DNA of 62,779 nt, counting the filler, from Sphacelaria rigidula (lineage: Eukaryota), in assembly GCA_964200075.2 (NCBI GenBank). It is 11 parts of 11 records of this genome, joined end to end, with 100 filler letters (N's around TTAATTAATTAA, not from the genome) between each part and the next. Parts side by side here need not be neighbours in the genome. Positions count along the whole stretch, not along the records: positions 22,868 to 28,483 come from CAXNAA020025826.1; positions 28,584 to 34,199 come from CAXNAA020025827.1; positions 34,300 to 39,915 come from CAXNAA020025828.1; 8 more parts are not named here. One strand, 5' to 3'. Position 1 is the first letter of the stretch; each line of letters begins with the position of its first letter. The position numbers and the translations under genes are program-made. This document shows positions 24,896-38,984 of this stretch, one piece after another. Under the pieces are notes generated by a model. That model saw only the letters and a list, made by a program, of their open reading frames with translations. It was not told where the DNA came from and ran no database searches.

Positions 24896-27012
24896 TTCGC
24901 GGGGCGCCACTATATGCACATGTACATGTGGCTGTTTGCTTCTGTGGCTGTGCTGCATGCTGTTCATCGAATCGGAGAACAAAATCTCTCGAGGTTGTCA
25001 GTGGATTACCGATACGATGCAAAGAAAAACAACACGCGAACACGTGTAGTCAACGCGGCCGAAAAAATGCAATCGAGTTGTATTGCCATCAGTCAAACAT
25101 CTGAAAGCACCTCCACGTCATGGACCCAGGGGAGCTCTCAAGGTCGGCACTAACGACACAGATGAACACATGCAGGTGCTGACAGTGCTGTGTCTTTGTC
25201 AACATAGTGGATATTGCATTATTACAATATTTTCCGAACGAGAAACTCTATCGCAAAGATACCCGAAAAAAAGCAGTCACTCCCCGCAAGGGTGATTTGA
25301 TTGCCTGGATTTCCTCCCCGCTCCTCTCCCTTCCCCTCCCCGCTCCCCCCCGCGCGCATACAAAACGAAACATACAAAGGGTAGACCAGAAGGCCAAAGA
25401 GCACAGGACGAATAACCCCCCCGAAAAAATAAGCTGCCCAAAGGTCAACATTTATGGTACGCATCCGCACCTATCCACTAGCTATCATGCTTCCGCTGCC
25501 ATGCATTGAACAGAAGCGAGCTCCCGGCTACTTTGCCATCTGTATCAACAGGTAACTGTACTAGAGATATCCACCGGACCTCTCGACCCCCTTCCATCAT
25601 TTGATGTCCACGAATATAATAAAACCAAAAAATCTAACACATTCGCAGAACCTCCATATACCCTCCAAGTATCACATGGCAATATCCTAAAGCGCCAACG
25701 ACCTTTGTTTCTTCCCTCGTTTACTGCGTTCACCTCAAGGAGACACCTCAGCGGCATCAGAATTCTTGTGGGCTGCGCACGCCGCTGAAAGCAGCATTTA
25801 ACCAAAGTCGCGCGCGCGGCGCGAAGCAAAAAAAAAAAGAGAGAGAGAAGAATCCCGAAATAGGAGAAACAAAAAACGAAAACAAAAACAGGAAAAAAGA
25901 AGATACAACAAAAAATAAATTACACACGTTTCTCGCTAATGGGTCTACCAAAAAGGAAGACACGCGGAAGGAAAACATGCGATTTTTTTCACGAACATAT
26001 TCCGCAGCTGCTTGGGAATCAACAACAGCGAAATTAGATTAAATGAAATTACAAACCCACCATGTAAACGCTTGATGGCGACAACCGGCGACCATCCAAA
26101 CTAGCAAGGGCCCACTTCTACAACCCGAGCAAGCGCTAGCGGGATGATAAGCAGCAGTTTACACTGTCATGACACGCTAAGCACACACCAAAATCAAGCT
26201 GTCTCGGCTCTACTCTGGGAGAAGCCAACACGCACACACGCACGCACGCACACACGCACGCACGCACACACACCACACACGCACACGTCACACTTGACAA
26301 GCACTAAACAATCCAACAAACAGCAATGATCTCTCTGTACCCATTTTTTCTGTCACACAATCGCACAATTACTACATTTGAGATGCCCGAGCACACTATC
26401 GAGTTTTCCTTACCTCACCCCAACAAACGCTACTTTTTAACCGCCTCCCTTTGGAGCATATCCACCATACCGGCTGCCAACAAAAACCGTTCCTACAAAA
26501 TGTCACTTTTTTAAAAGGTCATATTCCAGCCTGCTTCGATAGGCGTGCCCTCCTCACCCTCCTCGTTCCCACCTCCGTCGACACGCCCGTCGCGAATGCA
26601 CATAACCAACGACCCATACACCAGCACCTCGTCCTCATCTCAGCCTTTCCGTTTAACCCCCCCCTCCAGTAACCCTGCTCCCTGCGCGAAGATCTTTAGC
26701 GGGCTTTCACAACCCCCCCCACACGCCAGGCCATCCGCTATCTACGTTCCGAAGCACTGCCAGCAGGGCTGGAGAGCGTTAACACGAAGTGAGGAGAGAT
26801 TCACACATCTAATTATTGTCACATACGCACATACTTTTTTCTTGTCCATTCTGAATAACTGAAAAAGGCGAGAAAAAAAAATCGGTGATGCCAATTTCCT
26901 TCACGAAATACGTACGGATGAATTTGTTCATCGCTCGAGAAAAATGGGGGGGGGAGGGCGGCAGGAGGGGGGCTACTCTAGCCAGGTTATGTTCACTCCT
27001 CGACACAGCAAA

Positions 27013-27867
27013 TTAGCGGCGCCGAGCGGGCGAGCTAGCTAGCGAAGACACCGACGATGCACTGCGCGGAGTGAACGCCGAGCGGGGGCTGCACAGCTCC
27101 TGCACGTGTTTCGACGCATCCGGGCTTGTGAATACGGGGCCTCCATCCTCCAGCCCGCCGCGTCCACGCGGGACGCGGCCATGCCGCACCACGGGCGACC
27201 TCACCGCCTCCAACCGAATCCTGGCGAGCGACGGCGGTGGGCGGCCGCCGGGGGCGAAGGTCACATTGTTCGGTGACGTTGGTAACACCATGACCGGGTT
27301 GTTCCCGCACGACGAAACCGAAATATCATCAGAGGACATGATAGAAGGCGGCGACGACGAGTGACTGGCCGAGTGCGTGGACCCCGACACACCCATAAAT
27401 GCCGATCCTCCCACATCCCCCGCTGCGCGAAAACCTCGCAAGCTCCCACCGCCGCTGCCCCACCCTCCGTCCCCACTCTCTTCGCACGGCTCTCCACGTT
27501 CGCGCTTGTAAGAGCTGCGTTTTTGTGGTGAATCCCATCCCCTGTCCTCCATCACATGGGATAGCCCTTCTTCCTCTCGTCGATCCACGCCCATGCGTTC
27601 CCCATCCATACTACGGCCGTTCCAACCTCGGTGGTGGTAGTAGCCGTGGTGGTCACCGTCCGCCGAAAGCGTGGAATGGAAAAACGGTGCCGTGGATACG
27701 CGCGCGCCTACCGTTCGAGGCACGCCGCTGCTGGAACTGCTGCTGCCAAAGCCGTTGTTGGATCCGTTGGCCGCGCCCGAGCGCTGCTGGGGGCGATTGC
27801 CTCGACGCGGGTGGCGGCTGGCTTTGATTTCTGCTTCAACGTCGTCAGTCAGGACTCCGCCTTCAAC
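27013..27867 (-). CDS. Terminal exon of an unidentified Ser/Gly/Pro-rich disordered protein
   Basis: CAG| acceptor at 27870-27868, 285 open codons to TAA, coding-like GC content, followed by a microsatellite-rich 3' region. Confidence 0.75.
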   Translation of the reverse strand, partial: VEGGVLTDDVEAEIKASRHPRRGNRPQQRSGAANGSNNGFGSSSSSSGVPRTVGARVSTAPFFHSTLSADGDHHGYYHHRGWNGRSMDGERMGVDRREEEGLSHVMEDRGWDSPQKRSSYKRERGEPCEESGDGGWGSGGGSLRGFRAAGDVGGSAFMGVSGSTHSASHSSSPPSIMSSDDISVSSCGNNPVMVLPTSPNNVTFAPGGRPPPSLARIRLEAVRSPVVRHGRVPRGRGGLEDGGPVFTSPDASKHVQELCSPRSAFTPRSASSVSSLASSPARRR

Positions 27868-28394
27868 CTGAACGATTAAAACATGACGATTGGGGTTCGG
27901 TTGAATGCGAAGTCAGACGTCGGTGGTGGGTACGAGGAGATGATTTCGTACCCGGCCCCCTTTCATCCTATATCTTGTATCATCCCTTATCATCGTGCAA
28001 AGCGATATGAGGATCATGGGTCGAAAAAGTACAATTTTCATCAAGTAGAAGCGTGGAAGTGCAGACACACTGCTATAATTGATTTCAAGGTCCCGATCAC
28101 ATCTTCCAAAGCGGGCGCGTGCACAGGTCACGGGAGGAAAACAAAACCGACCATCTTGAGAGGTTGCACGGCCTTCGTTTGCCAGTGTCGACGACTGCGA
28201 GCCTCTCTTCATCTCGCCTCTCCAACCGATCTACGAGACACATTCGCGTTACGCAGTCAATTTGAGTGTTGTACGTGAAGGCGCGCCCGACGGTGAAGCG
28301 CATGCTCAACCTTAACCTCCGATTCTGTCACGGTTTCACGTCAGCTTTCGTGCGATGGGATTGTCCCTTCACTATCCCTTCACTGAAACGCTCC

Positions 28395-28429
<35 letters not shown>

Positions 28430-29664
28430 CCCCCTCCGGCCACAACACGCCCTCCCCGCGCGCCCCCGCGCCCCGCGGGCAGGNNNNNNNNNNNNNNNNN
28501 NNNNNNNNNNNNNNNNNNNNNNNNNNNTTAATTAATTAANNNNNNNNNNNNNNNNNNNNNNNNNNNNNNNNNNNNNNNNNNNNTGAATGAAGTTCAGCGT
28601 TTTCCCCTTCCAACCTAAGGAAGGAAGAGAAATTATAATAAAGGAAAAAAAAAAAAAAAAACAGGTGACACAAGGAGATTAGGATGGCCACCAAGTTCGG
28701 GTCCAACCGAAAAAGAAACAACCACAGCTGTTCGGAAAAGGGCAGCAGATGTACCAGCGAGCGCACTGCCTGATGAACTACAGGTTACTTGTACATCGCA
28801 GCCTGGATAAAAGTACGCCAAGCTGAGGAGTTTTTCGCTGTATTGCCTCCAGAGTTTCCCCAGTGCTATCGAGGACCTCCGAAAAGTCAGGGAGCGACCT
28901 GCTCAATCACGGCGAGGCGAAATTCATCGTCCAGACCCGAACAACCAGTGCGGGGATTAATACCGAATATGATGTCACTGCCAAAATCGTGTGGGGGCCC
29001 TGGCCCTGGCCCAGATAAAATACCGTCCCAGGCATCCAAAGCCCGGATGGTCGGGGAACGATGTCTCGTTTTCCTTGGATTCAGTATAACGCTCCCGTGA
29101 TTTCCCGGATGTTTTTTGGGTCGCCAGGCTATACTAACACGTAGTAATTACACTAACACATGATTGGGGGGAAAGTCGGGGGAAATCGTACATGCCATAT
29201 TGTGGTCATCTTCACAAGGGCACTGAACCCAGCTATGCTGTGGAACGAGAGAAGGAGCTATAGTCATGAGTTCCGCCCATTCCTCTGCCGATGCCTTGCA
29301 GTGTGCAGTGAACATGTATGTAGTGGGCGGGGACGAATAAGCTGCGTATAGGCAACTGATCTCCATAGCTGAGAACTGCCAGAACGTGTAAGAGAGTATG
29401 CAACGGCAGCTGCTGCTACAGTCGGAAAGGTGTACTGCACTGTATATGCGCCGCAACGCCCATGAACTTTGAAGATAATTTTCAGCTTGCAACAAAGAGG
29501 GAAATCGCGGCCCGCCTTCACCAAGGGCTATTTGGCTAGGTGATGGGAACAATAATACCATCCGAAGTCACAAGTGGGGGGCGGCCCACCGGTTGCCACA
29601 TCCTGTTGAAAGCTCCCTACGGCGACTCAAACTGCTTTTTACATCTGTCCACAGACACCGAATG

Positions 29665-30375
29665 TAGGGTATGTAGGTACCCAGTACCGGTATTTGGGAC
29701 ATCTCATACCCTGCCGATACCGGTCCAATCGGGTATTTTCAAATGCCATACCTACGATACCCACGATACTACGGTATCTCGAGATACCAATACCGTACCC
29801 GCTCGATCGGGTATTTTCAAAACTCGCACCTACGATACCCACGATACGACGGCATTTCGATATTTCGATACTTACCGTACCCGCCCAATCGGGTGTTTTT
29901 AAATGTCGTACCTAGGATACCACGGTATTTCGATATTTCAGTACCTACCTACCGTACCCCCTCAACCAGGTATTTTCAAAACTCATACCTAAAATACTTA
30001 CGATACCACGGTGTTTCGATATCTCAATACCTACCGTACACGAGATTCGACTTGAGGGTCGACGAGGGGAAGGGACTGCTGGACCACTCTCGCGATAAAA
30101 CAAAGGCAAGTACGGCAGAAGGAATGTTGAGAAATAAAACAAACAAGAAAAAAAAAACTCACGTGTTGGTCTTCCTCCTGTGTGACCCCGGCTGATGCGC
30201 CCACATATACCGAAACGTGTAGGCCGGCGTCCAGAATAGATGGGACGACAGCACAACACACATACACCGTACCCGCTCAATGGGTTATTTTCGAAATTCA
30301 TACCCACGATACCCACGCATACCACGGTATAGGATACCCCGGTGAATACCGGGGGTATACCCGGCAAAACCCGGA
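29665..30375 (+). mobile_element. Non-autonomous element with ~75-bp tandem subrepeats (CGTACCCG..CAATCGGGTATTTTCAAA...CCTACGATACCCACGATAC); related copy at 31375-31600
   Basis: Five or more subrepeats, ending GGATACCCCGGTGAATACCGGGGGTA in both copies. Confidence 0.75.
30040..30265 (+). mobile_element. 5'-truncated tRNA-SINE copy nested in the 29665 element
   Basis: Homologous to 46575-46795. Flanked by an ACCGTAC direct repeat (30033-30039 and 30266-30272). Confidence 0.85.
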
Positions 30376-31688
30376 CGCGATGCACTCCCCATGGTGCAGC
30401 AGCTGGTCCCAACTTACGCTGAGGCTAGAAGTTGTCGGAGCAGGTACGTCTTGTTTTCACAAGTGATATATACCCAGATTCCCCCCGATTTTCGTGCTTG
30501 GATCAAATCGAATGAACTTACTAATTATGTAGCATGAAGTGCGGTCGATTTTTTTTCTTGATTTGATAGATCCACCGCATTTCTGTTCTTGAAAGGATTC
30601 AATACAAATTTGTAATTATTATAGTGGCGCGTGGAGAAAAACTACAAAACAATAAATCTAAGCTTTTGCGATCGAAAACATGCGGTCGAAAGGCACGAAG
30701 CGGCACCTGACTCCTATCTTACAGACCACCACGCCAGATTATACCCGTTCACAACACCATGCAAACTCCATCCAACTCATTCTCAGCTACCACCGCAACC
30801 CTGCAGCAAGGAGCACGAGTTGAGCACAGGGATAGATACGCTGCAGTAGGTGGGTATGCTTTGTTTATTTGTTATTGGCGAAAAGTTGCACATATTATTT
30901 CATGGTAGGATCAGCGACGAAACTGCGTGGTACGGTGGTCAACCGAATTGCGTACACGCTCATGGACAGTGCAGGCAGTACAAAGCCGCACGTTGTTGAC
31001 GTCTTTTTCACGTCGCATTGTAAGCAGAGAGAACTGGTAGTCCTGGGCTGTCTGCACTGCACGTTGCCCGCCTCTCTTTCAATCCTCCTGCACGAAACAT
31101 ACAGACACGCACTCAACGCACACTGCTTGCAAGCAGTGCAGACAATACAGACTGTCTGTGCTGTATACAATTGATCATGCACGGTTTCACGAATCTCACT
31201 GGCTTTTTTCGATCGAAAGCTTGAAGATTTGTTTAAACCCAAACTCGACAAAAATGAGCTATTTTGGCTCTATTCAATTCCATTGCCCCATTTTTATGAT
31301 CGGAAAAAAAGTTTCCAAGACACGCCCTGAAACGCTTCTCCGCACTGCCGGATTACAGTTTTGAAATCGATATATGGGGTAAGGCAGAGATGCCCGGTAC
31401 TGGTATTAGGGACATCTCATACCCTATCGATATCTACGATACCACGGTATTTTGAGATACCAGTACCTACCGTACACACTCAATCAGGTATTTTCATACG
31501 TCATACCTACGATACCCATGCACTTCACGGTATGGGATACCTCGGTAAATACCGGGGGTACGCTCGGTACGGTACCTTACCTACGGTTCCCGTGCACCCG
31601 TTCATTTCCTAATGTGCACTCCACCCGAATTACAGTTTGCACCTGCACCTGAAAATAGATTGAATGGAATTTTCGGTCTTCCTATTAA

Positions 31689-31804
31689 CCCTGCGGCTAC
31701 ATACGTGGGTTTTCAGCGATATGAAGGCACTGTTTCGTGCAAACGCCAGACACGTTATTCCTAACCAGCCTCATTGGTATTCTGGAGGCCCGGCCCCTAA
31801 AGGG
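31689..31804. mobile_element. Possible piggyBac-like MITE remnant
   Basis: TTAA|CCCT ... AGGG|TTAA ends; the TIR beyond 4 bp is poor. Confidence 0.4.
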
Positions 31805-34431
31805 TTAAGCAGTGCTGCGCCAAAAAAAAGAAGTAAATATATATGCGGATTTTCGCATACAAGAGTCATCGTATAAAATATAAGCTTAGAGCATCCCCGA
31901 AATAGGTATAATCCACACGAGCGAGGAGCCCCTTGGGAAGAATCTACGGCCCAACACGCGGCATATCTGAAAAGCTATGTTCAAGGCTGGATCATCGGCA
32001 CAAGTTGCAGGCTGAGGACGGGATCATGTCCCGCCTTCGGTGGTGTGCATGGTACGGATGCCTTGCGGGCCCCATGACACACCGATAGGTGGCGACCACG
32101 ATTTGCGTTGCCGCGCGTCACCACGCGTAGGGTGTAGTATATGGAGTGTGCAATCCGCCTAAAAAAGAAGCCCCTCATTTGCTCCCACCAAAAATCAGAA
32201 TGGCATGATCGTTTGCATGCATGCCTGGCGGCGCAACTGGTGGCTTTTAGATTCGAAAACTCCGTCTCGACCGTAATAAAGTGCTGTATAATTGCTGATG
32301 CAATGTACTATCTGTACTGTCTGTACTGCATTTGACGGTACAAAAATACTGTATTACATAATCCGTACCGTGGTGCTGGGTAACCGCATCTGATATGCGG
32401 CGTTTCCAGGGCTTGGCCGCATCTCATGCTTATTTGGATACTTTCCTACGGTCAACTCCAATTTTTCAGAGCAACTTTCGTTGTGAATTTCTCGCCTGCG
32501 ACTGCGCGTTCCCTCACGAAACTTTGCGCACAAAGCGGACACAACACAGGCAACATATGCGCCAAGCGCCCGCACGATTGGACCCCGCACAAACTACGAA
32601 CATGACCACGAGCAAATTTGGGGAATGCCGTCGATACGCCCTCAAAGCGGATGTCCCGTAGTCCAGACTTCGTGCACCAGAGGTGAATGCATACATGCAC
32701 GCGCAGGCCCACTAACTTCGACATCTTGAACGGCTTGGCGGCCGATGTGGTAGCAAACTGATATTGGTCTGCACTGCGAACCTTTTCTCAATCATGACCA
32801 TCGGTAGTGTGCCGATTGGCGTACAGTCTATAGAGGTGCGCAGTTCGTGACGCACGGTCCTACGCGCGCTGTAGCCGCTGCAAGGCGCTGCAACTTCGGT
32901 CATATGTTATGCGAACCACAGTCAACAGTTCCACGTCGCTATATCTCGTGCTCTGCGGTGCAGCAGTGCGCACCAGAGGGAAAAGCGATCAGGCAGGCGC
33001 GGAGTACCTTCTGCAGTCGGAGCGGGTTAGTACCCCAACCGCAAGCAAGAGCATCCATAGTAGCCCCCGAATTGATTCTTACCGGCTTTGTTTGCTGTTA
33101 CCGAACACAAGATGTCATGTCGTGGAAATGTGCTTCCGAGTTTGCCCGCTCTCGGCGCCTACTGTATTGAACGCACAACTTGTCAATTTTTCGCTGGGAT
33201 TATATGTGTCAATTATTCTGTTATCGCTTCGCGATTCTTCCACCCACTGGGTTGAATCGTTGATTTTGATCGATTGTCGCGCATCAACCCTTGAACAGCT
33301 AGCGTCGTCTCGGAACAGGTTCACAGGCTGACAGTCCGAGGTCATCCTGGGATATCCAGCGCGCGGAAGGGTGGTTCTTGACAGGGGGTGGGGGCCCGTT
33401 CGCAGAACGGCAAATTTTTTTCACCGAGTCAACCATGTGTGTTTGAACGTTTCCCACCGAAAATTATGAGCCGGGAACGAGTCCCGAGAGGAGCGGAATG
33501 ACCTCTCTGATCAATCACGGCTATCGAAATGGTCATTCCGTTCCCCTACAGGTGGATTACTTCTCTGTCTAGCCGTATTTCTCATTTTGGTCACGACATC
33601 TCAACCACAGATTAGATGGGCACAAACAACGTGTCTTTTCATTCTGTTCGTGGTCTTTGCCGCCTGCCTGACCCCTCATGTGTTGCCAGCTTTGTTACAC
33701 ACTGTTATGGGGGCGAATGGGGGTCCGATTTTGGGTACTATGCTTCGGGAGAGTGCGCATCGACCACTGTATGCAGAAAAAATGGATCGTGATTGAGCCA
33801 ATCCTAACAGTCACAAATACGCACGTCACCTCGAAATAACGACCTGGCCCGTATGAAATGTACTATAAAAGCAGTACACTTCTTGAGTGGTCAGTGTTTA
33901 TCAATCTGTGGAAGCTGTCGCTTCGATGATGGCTCCTCTTGTTGCACGAGTAGTGCTCAAAGAGCAGCCTGTTGTTTGTTGCTGTAGCACTTGGGAAGCA
34001 AACGCTGCATGACCTACCACACCACGTGCACCGCCCTTGCCAACACCACCATTGAAAAATATGGACAGCAGCAGTTTTGACCGCCACACACCACAGCAAC
34101 AGCAGTGAAATATTCCACGGTTAGGACGAATCACCAAATCCACGATATCTTCGGCCTGATTGCCCAAAAGGGAGAAAAAAGTTGACCGCTGATCCAAGGN
34201 NNNNNNNNNNNNNNNNNNNNNNNNNNNNNNNNNNNNNNNNNNNTTAATTAATTAANNNNNNNNNNNNNNNNNNNNNNNNNNNNNNNNNNNNNNNNNNNNC
34301 TCGAAAGGGAAGCGTGGTCAATGGTCAAACGACTAAGGAAGCAACAAATGAGTACGCCCCCCCCCCCCCAAGCGATCCACATGACTTTGCTTGAACGTGT
34401 TCTCTACTTTCCATGCACGCTGCGGCCACAG

Positions 34432-34724
34432 GTGCGGTTTATGTCGATGCGGGGAGCTGCTCGGATCTGAACCCTGTCCACGAGATACTCGCACGCGTGA
34501 TACCCTCCTACGAATTTGCGAGACGCTCGCACTCCCTCCACCCTCGAAATTCCCACGGGCCGCCGCCACCACCGCCGCCGCCACCTGCGCAGCACGCTTC
34601 CTTGCAGCGTCAAATGTCATCGCTGCATTTCCCGCGTACGCCATTTCCACCGCGTGCTGCGAGCGCTCCGGAGCAAAGGAAGGGTAAAGTTGAAGAGCCA
34701 CGGAAGATACTGAATCTCGCTCAC

Positions 34725-34797
<73 letters not shown>

Positions 34798-36719
34798 TGG
34801 TTGTGTTTGCGTTTGTGGATCCGAACGCGGGGAGTTCGGGGGAGTTGTATCCCTGATCGGGTGACTTGGTTGAATTCGACTGGTTGCGTAAAGTGTGCTT
34901 TGAATGTACACTGATGCAGGCGTTGAAAGCTCAGGATGTGCGTGCGATGATAGTGATGACGTTGTGCCTGTAAAACAGTAGTCTACCAGACCCTCCCGAA
35001 AAACGTAACGCGTTGGTGCACTTGTGGGTGTGAACGCGATGGGTTGTCGTGACTCTCACCGTTTATCGAGGAATGCACAATCGCGATAGGCGCTCTGGAG
35101 CCCTTGCACTCGGTTCAACACTCGGTTTGTTCTAAAGTGGCTGATCTCGTCCTCGCCCGTTCTTCCTTGACGGTTTGACTCAGGATTGTGCAGATAGCCA
35201 AGAAAAGATTCAATGCAGAGAGCGCCGGCGGTCATGGAACGGAGCACCTAGATCCTTCCGCACCTTCGCCACCGGATGGTTTACAACCAGATCAGCTGGA
35301 GGTGAGTCAGAACACCACAACGGCTTTTCGAGCCCATGTGTCATCTACCCTGACTTGGCCAGCGGTTACAGCGACGGGTTGCAATGTTTCTAGCACATAC
35401 CGTGCCACACCACAACTCTCTCCGACTACACCTATTGGCACGAGTTAGAGTACGGGTGCCCACGTCGCCCCCTACACAACCGCAGGTACTGGTCGAATTA
35501 GACCGACGACTTCGAGATTTTCAGCAGAATACGCTGCGGAACGGGGCACTCAGCTACTCCACCGCGACCTTCACCGAAGAGTTTGGAGAGGAAGTTGCGC
35601 GGTTTTACGCAACAGCAGCCGCTAACCCTGGGCACGGCGCACTCCTCGATCGCGTGTTAGCGGGAGAGTCCAATTTGAGGAAAGACTTCGCGGAAACGCC
35701 ACGGGGTGCCGACCTTGTCGTTATGGGTGTGGTGAGTTACGAGGGAGTACAAATGTTTTGACCTCATGTTTTTGTGGGGGGGGGGGAGGTTGCATGTTTT
35801 CGTCCCACTCTTATCCGGACCAAGATCGTAAAGCGGTGAACTTGTTTTGTTCGTCTGGTGCTCTTCAATGAAAACAAATTGTCGGTATCTTACACTTGTG
35901 GATCGATTGTGCTGCTATGTATCGACCCATGAGCACGTTTTTTTGCGCAGTACAGGGCTATGCTGCCCCCACCTGCCATTTTCTGTGTGTGTGTGTGTTA
36001 CCGGACATTTGTGCTCCCGTGCTGGGCCTGCATGATGCGCGGTATGCTCACTGCACGCAGTGGTTATGATTCCGACGTTATTCAAACGGCCGCATTCAGT
36101 TGCGATTTTCGGCGTTGCAAATCCCAAGGTACACGGTATCTTTTGACACATACGGACACATGGCGCAAACAAGCGGCAGATGAGGGGAAAGGGTCACAAT
36201 GCACCCCACATTCATGTGCTCCTCTTTTGAAAACTTGTGATCGTTGCACGGTAGGTGGTGGTTCCCTCCGAGCTACGCCGACAGTGCTTCACCGTGGTGG
36301 ATTTTCTGCAGCTGAACATCCTTCACCAGAACGTGCCGCCTCACCAACGAGCCGTGAGGATACTAGAGTCCGCTCCAAACGGTGCCGAAACGCTGAGTCT
36401 GCTCAACAAGATCGTGTCCGAAAGTGCTACCAGCTTACTCTTCACCGCTCACCAGAGATCCGTCCTTTCGGCACTGACCGGGAAATCCCCACAAGCTGCT
36501 CCCAGCCATGCCAACGGGCATTTTCCTCATGCAAATTCCACAACTTCACCGTCCGTGTCCTCAGCATTTTTGCAGTGTAGCGAACCACGCTTCGATGGGG
36601 GAGGTGGGTCCGGTCGAAAGCGATCACCGCCGCCCCCTCCCCGTGATATGGTTCATATGGGCAGACCCGGGGGTGGCCGGGGGAGGGGCAGGGGCAGGGG
36701 GGGTCGGCATAGACGATAG
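34432..36719 (+). CDS. 3' four exons (34432-34726, 35184-35301, 35486-35731, 36255-36719) of a protein starting with an RNase III-like GAVYVDAG segment and ending in an RGG box
   Basis: All junctions are AG/GT and phase-consistent (2, 0, 0), ending at TAG. (G)AVYVDAG..DL..V..IL resembles the end of RNase III domains (GAIYLDSG). The gene structure is solid; the family call is tentative. Confidence 0.75.
34727..34794 (+). repeat. (GT)n microsatellite beginning exactly at the splice donor
   Basis: About 34 GT units after CACAG|. Confidence 0.95.
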
Positions 36720-38984
36720 TCATAGTTTCGAAACAGTAGATGGATCGTACAGCAGCGGCACCGCGCAGGTTCCGCGTGAAAGCGTAAATAATCAGACTTG
36801 CGTGTTTGAGACCGTGCCCGCCTGGCGGCGTAAATAATCAGGCGTGCGTGTTTCGGACGGTATAGAGGTGTGATACGGCCCGTTTTTGTGTTTCCGAACA
36901 TGAGTGCTCGTTGGAGCAAAGGAAGTGGGTTGTGAGACACAAGTGCTGCAGTGCCCTTTGTCCAGCAGAAATGTGAGCTGCTTTGTTCGTGTTGTCAGGC
37001 GACCATTATTGTGTGGCGGGGTCAAGGAAGGCGGGAGGTGTGATACGTTGATTCATGTGTGCATAATTTTGGAATTTGCAATTGTATGTAGTAGTCTAGT
37101 TTCTTGGCACTGCTAGGGAAGCTGTATTTAGCTACTCTGAAGATACTGTGACGAAGGTGTTTTATCTCAACACATGGCAACCATGATGATGGCGTTGGCT
37201 CGTGTTCTCCAGAGCGATGTAGAGTGCTCTATAATGTCATGTTCTTGTTCTGCCCAGATGGTGTTGGCGTTCCCATCGCTTTGTGTGCTAACTGTTAATA
37301 TGCTTCGGTCTATTTGGTGTGTTTCTCTGAATGCGTGCGCGGAGCTGGTGATCGACGTTTTCCATGGTTTTCCTGTCCGAAAGGGTGCAGGAAAAGTTTA
37401 TTTATTTTGGATAAACTGTGTTGCCACTGAAGTGCATGAAGGGAAGAGAATGAGGCTATTTTCTTTGTGCTCGTTACCGTTGTTTCCCGCAACTCCCCAC
37501 GTGTTCCCGCAACTGCACACACTATGGACCCCTCATGCGATTGAGTGGAGTGCAGTTAAGGTTGAACGTGAAGCCAACCTGACCAAGCTCGGAAAACGCA
37601 ACTGTAGGCTATGTAATGGGTACGTAAATGCGAAAGCCATCGTCAGATTTTTGTCTCCGGGGTCGGGAGGGCAGGGTTTCAGCCAATTTGTGCCCTTCGA
37701 CTAAGAATTAGTATGGAAACACGTGAGCCAGGGGGTAAGAGATCCCGTAAATCACTCTCACGGGGTCCCCGACAAATTCTCTGTTAACGTAAAGTTTGGC
37801 TGAACAGCGTTTGCTCCACACGACGGGCGACAGGACTAGATACGACCTTAGATAGCGCGCCCTACCATAATCTATCCATTGCATTCGATTACTGGAAGGT
37901 GGAGGGTGACAATTGGTAATCTCGGCGCTGTAGGCGTTTTTTTTTTCAGTAAACGTTGAGGAAATTTCAATTTGATTTGATATTTGGCTACCCCGTGTGA
38001 AGTTAGCATAGCCGTAACTACAGGAGTTTGTATCGGATAATCACGCAAGTGGTGTCCTCTGTATGTATTTCGACCTAGCGGAGTCGACCGTCGTGTAGAA
38101 CAGCGCTTGAATCGCCGCTGTTCATGGTGAGGTGGGTTGTGCCGCACTTATTCGGCCGAAGAGTGTCCTTCGTTATTTTTGTTTCCACCAGATTTGGATT
38201 CCCCCCTTCCTTTATTTAGCGCGTAGAACTAGTCCCTTTTTTGTGTACCTGATAAAACTCCCAAAAGTCACAGCAAACTCCACTCTATTCCGGAAGTGGC
38301 CCATGTTGATCTCAAGTGTGGCGCCCGGTATGCGTTTGCCGTTCCAGGTCTTTCCATTGGCTACGGTACTCCAGAGCGTGCTGTATGCAGGCACACGCTT
38401 CGAAAATCGATAGTGTTACACTTGAATTCCCTTGTTGCGTCTTGTTGCATTCGGGATGTACAAAGAGAAATTAAATATTCCTGAGTACGTACTCACCCCA
38501 TTCGATCACATCGGTCAGACATGAAGGGGGTGCTATTTGCTACCCGATTTGGCGTGGTGCCCAACGTTCGACGTTCCGTTGTCAGCAATACACACCCTCG
38601 ATGACACACACAACACATGACGTATCCCGTGTCTCTCAACTGCTGGCCATATAACTTGTTCCAAAGCAGCTGTTGTTATGCACATACTTCCTTTGTTCCA
38701 CAAGTCAGGGTAGTTGCGTTTGTACGGACTCTTAACCGTGTCCGATTATTTGTTTGTTTTATTAATAGTGCATTCATCAAAACGAAGTTATTATTTTTTA
38801 CAGCAGATGTGGCTTACCCTACGCGGCAGAACGGCCGGAGAAGAATCATTCGGCCGCATTTTTGCCGTTTTTCGGCCCTTTCCCGGGGGCAAAAAAACGC
38901 CAAAAAGGGGAAGTCTAGCGTTGATTGAGACGAAGAAAAGCACACACGGAATGAAAAATTGGCTAAGTTAAAGCGAATGATCAA

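Noticed and set aside
28760..29530. Transposase-like remnants (also 15150-15660, 17640-18560, 19150-20440, 32350-33350, 38150-38400, 39070-39380, 57240-57640)
   Set aside because: Coding-like but broken frames with no motif I can name confidently; left unannotated.
34333..34911. 192-aa minus-strand ORF with HT repeat
   Set aside because: Arises from the (GT)n microsatellite and the antisense strand of a plus-strand exon whose splicing is phase-consistent.
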